The position numbers and the translations under genes are program-made. From Nitrospirota bacterium (GTDB taxonomy: Bacteria; Nitrospirota; Nitrospiria; 2-01-FULL-66-17), in NCBI GenBank assembly GCA_049325335.1, contig JBMOMC010000007.1, positions 160,001 through 224,000 of the forward strand: a stretch of 64,000 nt of DNA. The letters run 5' to 3'. The notes beneath the pieces were generated by a model that was not told where the DNA came from, did not search any database, and was given only the letters and a program-made list of their open reading frames with translations. This document shows, piece by piece, positions 58,894-64,000 of this stretch (position 1 is its first letter; the number at the start of each line of letters is the position of its first letter).

Positions 58894-59340
58894 TTATTTC
58901 GCGCCACCAAGCGAACGGACGTAGGCGATCGCTTGCCAGGCCTCTTCGTCGGTGATCATCGCCGGAGCGTAGGCGATCATGCCGGTGCCCGGGCTCCCGT
59001 TCTTCACCACCCAGAACATCTCACCCTCGGTGCGGATCTTCGCGAATTCCGGATTGGTGAAGTTGCGCGGCGACGGATCCAGCGCCGCGCCGGCAGGGCC
59101 GTCGCCCTTACCAGTTTGGCCGTGGCAGGTAAAGCAGGTGCCCTTGCCCTCAAAGATGGCCTTGCCCTTCGCAATGACATCCGGCGTCATCTTCAACGGG
59201 CTCTTCGTATCCTTGGCTTTCTGCAACTCACCAGCCGGCACGCGGGGCATTTTGATGTCCTTCTCCGCCGCAACCGCCACGCCCGTGGCGAATGCCAGCC
59301 CGACCACGCCAGCAACTAATACTCCCGTGCTCTTCCTCAT
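58894..59340 (-). CDS. Periplasmic monoheme cytochrome c
   Basis: Signal peptide; CFTCH; 'GDGPAGAALDPSPRNFT'; 'GSPGTGM' axial Met. Confidence 0.93.
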   Translation of the reverse strand: MRKSTGVLVAGVVGLAFATGVAVAAEKDIKMPRVPAGELQKAKDTKSPLKMTPDVIAKGKAIFEGKGTCFTCHGQTGKGDGPAGAALDPSPRNFTNPEFAKIRTEGEMFWVVKNGSPGTGMIAYAPAMITDEEAWQAIAYVRSLGGAK

Positions 59341-59390
59341 GGACCGTTCCTCCTTCTGGATGAATAAAGTGAGCCCCTACTTGCCTCGGT

Positions 59391-59729
59391 CTATTCGACC
59401 TTCACGGTGACCGACGCCTTGGCATCGAGCGGCTCGTGGTCGCTGCTGTACGCCTGGACCGTGACTTCATGTACGCCCTTGGATAACCCCTTCACCACCG
59501 TTGATGCACCGGTTGTCACCGGCTTCATCTGGCCGCCGTCGACAAACACATGAACATGATCGGCTCGCCCAACCTTTTCCTGCGCCCACGTTACGGTCAC
59601 GTCGCTCCCGACCACGGCATTCGGCTTGGGAGAGACCACCGTCACCGTGCCGTCCGCGGCGCGGGAGACAAGATTCGACGACACGATCAGCCCCCCCGCC
59701 AACGCCATGGCCACAACCCCGCGTCTCAC
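59391..59729 (-). CDS. Small periplasmic Ig-like protein with HVHV motif (possible metal binding)
   Basis: Signal peptide; 'VVSPKPNAVVG', 'DHVHVFVDG', 'GLSKGVHEVTV...DHEP'. Confidence 0.75.
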   Translation of the reverse strand: MRRGVVAMALAGGLIVSSNLVSRAADGTVTVVSPKPNAVVGSDVTVTWAQEKVGRADHVHVFVDGGQMKPVTTGASTVVKGLSKGVHEVTVQAYSSDHEPLDAKASVTVKVE

Positions 59730-59787
59730 TCAGCCATTGCCTCACAAGACGTGAACCAACGCAGAATATTCACGCGGAGACACACCG

Positions 59788-60228
59788 TCACTTCGCGCCT
59801 TGAGCCAGGCTCCGTTCATACAGGAGGATCTTCCACCCTTCCTCCTCTGTAATCACGCTGCCCACCAGCGGAACCATCGCGGTGCCGGGACTCCCGTTCT
59901 TGAGCACCCACATCAATTCACCGTCGGTTCGCGCTTGGTGAAAAGCCCCGTTTGTAAAATTCCTTGGGGACGGATCAAACCCCACGGCCGCGGGACCATC
60001 ACCCAACCCCTTCTCCCCGTGGCACACGAAACACGTGCCTTTTCCGCGATACAGTCCTTCTCCAACGGCCACATTCTCGGGCGTCATGGGGACCGGGTTC
60101 GTCACGGCCTTTGCGGCCTCCATCTGGTCCTTGGGCACACGCGGTTGGATGGGATCGCGTTCAGCCGCGATCACCGAGGTCGGCAACGCCAGAACGAGCA
60201 ACCATCCGAGTCGTACCTTCCAAGACAT
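59788..60228 (-). CDS. Periplasmic monoheme cytochrome c (paralog of 58894-59340)
   Basis: Signal peptide; 'GKGTCFVCH', 'DPSPRNFT', 'GSPGTAM'. Confidence 0.93.
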   Translation of the reverse strand: MSWKVRLGWLLVLALPTSVIAAERDPIQPRVPKDQMEAAKAVTNPVPMTPENVAVGEGLYRGKGTCFVCHGEKGLGDGPAAVGFDPSPRNFTNGAFHQARTDGELMWVLKNGSPGTAMVPLVGSVITEEEGWKILLYERSLAQGAK

Positions 60229-60274
60229 TCCGTATCCAATACAAAGGTGTTTCTAGGCCATCAATGCGGGCGCG

Positions 60275-60303
60275 ATCTTAAAGAAATCCCCCCACCTTGT
60301 CAA
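60275..60303 (-). promoter_or_regulatory. sigma70-type promoter for the cytochrome c cluster
   Basis: Minus strand reads TTGACA-17 nt-TAAGAT. Confidence 0.75.
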
Positions 60304-60352
60304 GCAGATCGGACGGCGGATCGGACCACGGGCATCGCCCGGATACGAGCGG

Positions 60353-61354
60353 TCAGACGGGCTGCGCCGCGTGTGAAGTCAGAAGACGCTCTGTGGCGTA
60401 GCGCGCGGCGCCCAACAACGGGGCTCTGGGGTTGAGGGACACGCTCACGGGAATCGATTCCATAAGCGGCCGGTACCGTCCCTTGGCCGTAAACGCCGTC
60501 ATGAAGGTCCCGTCGCGGAGCTTGTCGATCATTTTCGGGGCAATGCCGCCCGCGACGAACACGCCGCCGACGGCGAACGACTTGAGCGCCAAATTGCCCG
60601 CCTCCGCGCCGTAGAGCGAGGCGAAGAGATCCACGGCGTCCACACACAGCGGGTGCCCGTGGGCAAGCCCCACTCGCGTGATGACCGCCGAGGGATCGCC
60701 CGCAGCCAGTTCGTCCCGCAGCCACTCCGGTTCTTCGACGGCCCCGGTGTCTCGCAGAAATCGGTAGATGTTGTGCTGGCCCGGACCGGACAAGACGCGT
60801 TCGCAACTGACCCGGCCGAACTCGGCGCGCAAGAAACGCAGTAATTCAATCTCGCGGTCGGTCCGCGGCGAAAAATCGGCGTGCCCTCCCTCGGAGGGCA
60901 CCGGAACATACCGTCGGCCATCCCACGCGAGTATGGCCTCACCCAGCCCGGTCCCGGCCGCAATCACGGCGACGTTGCCGACGGCGCGTTGTCCTGTATT
61001 CAGCGAGACGACTTCGTCGTCCCGAAGCGCGAGCACGCCGAACGCGGCCGCCTCCACGTCGTTGAGCAACTTCACGGCTCGTGCGCCGACGGCGCGTCCC
61101 AATTCGCGTTCATCCAACAACCACGGTAAATTCGTGGTCTGACACCGACCGTCGCGCACCGGCCCCGCCACCCCGAGGCACACCGTCTCCGGCCGTTCGC
61201 CCCCGTCTTTAAGGAACGCCGCGAGGAGCTCGTCGAATCGCGCGTAGTCCCGACTCGCGTACACCGCCTCACGCACCACATCGCGGCCAGAGGCCGTGGG
61301 ACGGACGAGGGCCAACACGGTTTTGGTCCCGCCGATATCCCCGACCAACATCAT
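60353..61354 (-). CDS. glk: Glucokinase
   Basis: 'GDIGGTKT', 'GVAGPV', 'LLND', 'GTGLGE', 'SEGGH', 'ERVLSG.G'. Start at ATG 61354. Confidence 0.95.
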   Translation of the reverse strand: MMLVGDIGGTKTVLALVRPTASGRDVVREAVYASRDYARFDELLAAFLKDGGERPETVCLGVAGPVRDGRCQTTNLPWLLDERELGRAVGARAVKLLNDVEAAAFGVLALRDDEVVSLNTGQRAVGNVAVIAAGTGLGEAILAWDGRRYVPVPSEGGHADFSPRTDREIELLRFLRAEFGRVSCERVLSGPGQHNIYRFLRDTGAVEEPEWLRDELAAGDPSAVITRVGLAHGHPLCVDAVDLFASLYGAEAGNLALKSFAVGGVFVAGGIAPKMIDKLRDGTFMTAFTAKGRYRPLMESIPVSVSLNPRAPLLGAARYATERLLTSHAAQPV

Positions 61355-61374
61355 GCGCGGCGGAGGGGCATGGG

Positions 61375-62919
61375 TCAGAGCGTGCGCCAGCGGCGGCCGT
61401 CGCGTTCGATCAGCCGGTCGGCTTCGATCGGCCCGCAGGTGCCGGTTTGGTATTCCGGCAACCACTTGCTGCCGTGCTCCCGCCAGCCGTCCAGAATCGC
61501 GGTCACCCACTCCCACGCGGCTTCGACCGCGTCGCGCCGCATGAACAACGTGGCGTCTCCGGCCATCACGTCGAGCAAGAGGCGTTCGTACGCGTCCGGC
61601 GACGCCCCGCCGAACGCGGCGCCGTACCGAAAGTCCATGGCCACGGGTTCGATGCGCAGCCGTGAACCCGGGAGTTTGGAATTGATGCCCAAGGAGAATC
61701 CTTCCTCGGGTTGGATCCGGAGCGCCAACACATTGGGCTCAAGCGGCGTCGCCGGGTTCGCGTTGAACAACACGGGTGGGACTTCCTTGAACTGCACCGC
61801 GATCTCGGTCGCCCGTTTGGTCATCCGTTTCCCGGTTCGCAGGTAGAACGGTACTCCGGCCCATCGCCAGTTATCCACGAAGACTTTCAGCGCCACGAAT
61901 GTTTCGGTGGTGGAATCCGGCTTCACGTCGGCTTCGCGACGATACCCCGGCACCTCCACGCCGCCGACCATCCCAGGGCTGTATTGTCCGCGCACCGTGA
62001 CGTCAGTGACCCCCAGACCCGTGATCGGCCGTAACGAGCGGAGCACCTCCAAGCGCGAGTTGCGGACCACGTCCGGGTCCAACGACCATGGCGGCTCCAT
62101 GGCGACCAAGCACAACAGTTGGAGAATATGGTTCTGCACCATGTCGCGTAATGCGCCGGCTTCCTCGTAATACGCGGCGCGCGAACCGATGCCCGCCTCT
62201 TCCGCCACTGAAATCTGGACGTGGTCGATGTACTTGTGGTTCCACACGGGCTCGAACAGACCGTTGGCAAAACGCAGGACCAGGAGGTTTTGCACCGTTT
62301 CCTTACCCAAATAATGGTCGATCCGAAAGATCTGCGATTCGTCAAACGCCCGGCTTAACACCTCGTTGATCGCCCGCGCCGACGCCAAGTCGCGGCCGAT
62401 GGGCTTCTCCACGATCACCCTCGCGATCGGGCCTTTGGGGTCGCGCGCCTGAGTCAGGCCGGCCCCGAGCAATCCCTGCGCCGCGGCGGCAAACGCGGTC
62501 GGCGGGATCGCCAGATAAAAGATCCGGTTGCCGGGAAGTCCGAATTGCGATTCGATGGTTTCCGCGCGGGACCGGATGGTCTGATACGTTGCGGCATCAT
62601 CCGTCTCGCCGGGCGAATAAAACAGCCGCCGCTCAAACGCCCCCCATTTCGCCGGATCCAGATCCTGACGCGAGTGCGCCTGGATACCCTCCCGCGCCAC
62701 GGCGCGAAACCCCGCGTCATCCAGGACCGTGCGCCCGACGCCCAACACCGCGAACTCCTGGGGCAACATGCCGTCGAGCAGCAGGTTATACAAGGCCGGA
62801 ATCAGCTTGCGCCGCGCCAAATCCCCGGAGCCGCCCAATATCACCAACAAACACGGCTGCGCGGTCGGCCCCCGCTTGGTATCCGCCGCGGATTCGTTCA
62901 TGACCGCCGTCTCCGACAT
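61375..62919 (-). CDS. zwf: Glucose-6-phosphate 1-dehydrogenase
   Basis: 'GGSGDLARRKLIPAL', 'EKPIG', 'RIDHYLGKE', 'GVPFYLRTGK'. Confidence 0.98.
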   Translation of the reverse strand: MSETAVMNESAADTKRGPTAQPCLLVILGGSGDLARRKLIPALYNLLLDGMLPQEFAVLGVGRTVLDDAGFRAVAREGIQAHSRQDLDPAKWGAFERRLFYSPGETDDAATYQTIRSRAETIESQFGLPGNRIFYLAIPPTAFAAAAQGLLGAGLTQARDPKGPIARVIVEKPIGRDLASARAINEVLSRAFDESQIFRIDHYLGKETVQNLLVLRFANGLFEPVWNHKYIDHVQISVAEEAGIGSRAAYYEEAGALRDMVQNHILQLLCLVAMEPPWSLDPDVVRNSRLEVLRSLRPITGLGVTDVTVRGQYSPGMVGGVEVPGYRREADVKPDSTTETFVALKVFVDNWRWAGVPFYLRTGKRMTKRATEIAVQFKEVPPVLFNANPATPLEPNVLALRIQPEEGFSLGINSKLPGSRLRIEPVAMDFRYGAAFGGASPDAYERLLLDVMAGDATLFMRRDAVEAAWEWVTAILDGWREHGSKWLPEYQTGTCGPIEADRLIERDGRRWRTL

Positions 62920-62934
62920 GGTTCCCTCCTTGTC

Positions 62935-63837
62935 CTACCCACCCGAGGCCTTGACCGCATGCCCGCCGAACGCATTGCGGAGCGCCGCCAACAATTTCTC
63001 CGCGAACGACTCCGCCTGACGCGAGCGAAACCGCGTAAAAATCGCCGCGGTCAACGTGGGCACGGGAACGCCCTTTTCCATCGCGTCCGCCACCATCCAC
63101 CGCCCTTCGCCCGAATCCGCCACATACCCGTTGAGTCGCTCCAACCGCGGGTCCCCCGCCAACGCGCCGGCCGCCAATTCCAACAGCCACGAGCGGACCA
63201 CGCTGCCGTGCATCCAGAGGTCGGCGACGCGGGCGAGATCCAAACGATACTCGCTCTTGGACAACAACTCAAATCCTTCGGCATACGCCTGCATCATGCC
63301 GTATTCGATCCCGTTGTGCACCATCTTCACGTAGTGGCCGGACCCGACCCCGCCCACGTGCGCCCACCCGTTCTCCGGCGCCAGCGTGGCCATGATCGGC
63401 GCGAGCCGTCGGACCACGTCGTCCGCCCCGCCGATCATGAGGCAGTATCCCAGCTTCAACCCCCACACGCCGCCGCTGGTGCCCGCGTCCACGTAGTGAA
63501 TGCCGCGGGATTTGAGCGACTCGGCGCGGCGCACGTCGTCGTGAAAGTGGGTGTTGCCGCCGTCGATGACCGCATCACCCGTGCTCAACCGCCCGGCCAC
63601 GTCGCGCACCGTCTCCTCGGTTGGCGCCCCAGCCGGAACCATGATCCAGACCGCTCGCGGCGCCGGGAGCTTCGCGACCAACTCATCGAGCGATCCCGCG
63701 CCCGCGCACCCGGCGCGGACCGCGTCCGACACCTTGGCGGGGTCGCGGTCGAACGCCACCACGCGGTGCCCGCCTTGCGTCAGCCGGGTCACCATGTTCA
63801 GCCCCATTTTCCCAAGCCCCACGAATCCGATGTCCAT
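62935..63837 (-). CDS. gnd: 6-phosphogluconate dehydrogenase, short decarboxylating (YqeC/GntZ-type)
   Basis: 'GLGKMG', 'IDGGN', 'TSGGVWG', 'VKMVHNGIEYG', 'ALRNAFGGH'. Confidence 0.96.
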   Translation of the reverse strand: MDIGFVGLGKMGLNMVTRLTQGGHRVVAFDRDPAKVSDAVRAGCAGAGSLDELVAKLPAPRAVWIMVPAGAPTEETVRDVAGRLSTGDAVIDGGNTHFHDDVRRAESLKSRGIHYVDAGTSGGVWGLKLGYCLMIGGADDVVRRLAPIMATLAPENGWAHVGGVGSGHYVKMVHNGIEYGMMQAYAEGFELLSKSEYRLDLARVADLWMHGSVVRSWLLELAAGALAGDPRLERLNGYVADSGEGRWMVADAMEKGVPVPTLTAAIFTRFRSRQAESFAEKLLAALRNAFGGHAVKASGG

Positions 63838-63894
63838 CTCGCATCCTTTCCCCGTCTTCCCTTGTGGACGACTGCCCTCACACCCTCGAATCGA

Positions 63895-64000
63895 CTACGC
63901 GGCCGCCCGTCGCGACGAGGCGCGCTTGCGGTTGCCCGCTCGCGCCGACTCCCGCGTGACCTGTTGAACCAACTTCGCGACCAGCCCCGTCCATCCGGTT
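63895..64000 (-). CDS. 3' end of a GH63/MGH1-like glucosidase (partial)
   Basis: Minus strand translates to 'TGWTGLVAKLVQQ...*', matching the conserved C-terminal '(SHQ)TGWTGLVA' motif of this family. Confidence 0.7.
   Translation of the reverse strand, partial: TGWTGLVAKLVQQVTRESARAGNRKRASSRRAAA

Overview
High-GC bacterial chromosomal window. The cytochrome c pair and gene content look Nitrospirota-like (inference only). The left ~10 kb is plus-strand housekeeping: MFS transporter, rpsU, porin, acpS-nnr-tsaE-UDG-HIT-LapA-like-mutS. Everything from ~9.8 kb to the end is on the minus strand. That includes a NitT/TauT-type ABC importer whose ATPase carries an N-terminal TusA-like sulfur-carrier domain, queC-folE-folB-msrA, a TPR Ser/Thr kinase with an FHA partner, a lytic transglycosylase, a GldA/F/G-like ABC module, degenerate signalling genes and a diguanylate cyclase. 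The dominant feature is a 27-kb gene for a ~9,000-aa secreted protein. It has four N-terminal tail-fibre/lectin-like repeats, ~71 fibronectin-III repeats on a ~300-nt period, an internal FG-GAP (integrin-alpha-like) propeller and four cadherin-like Ig domains. It is followed by a fragmented lipoprotein pseudogene carrying the same N-terminal repeat type, an intact lipoprotein and the cyclase. The right end has two paralogous cytochromes c, glk-zwf-gnd and the 3' end of a GH63-like glucosidase. A MITE-like element, a GTAG-type REP and several sigma70 promoters (two apparently leaderless) are visible. I saw no rRNA, tRNA, CRISPR array or transposase.
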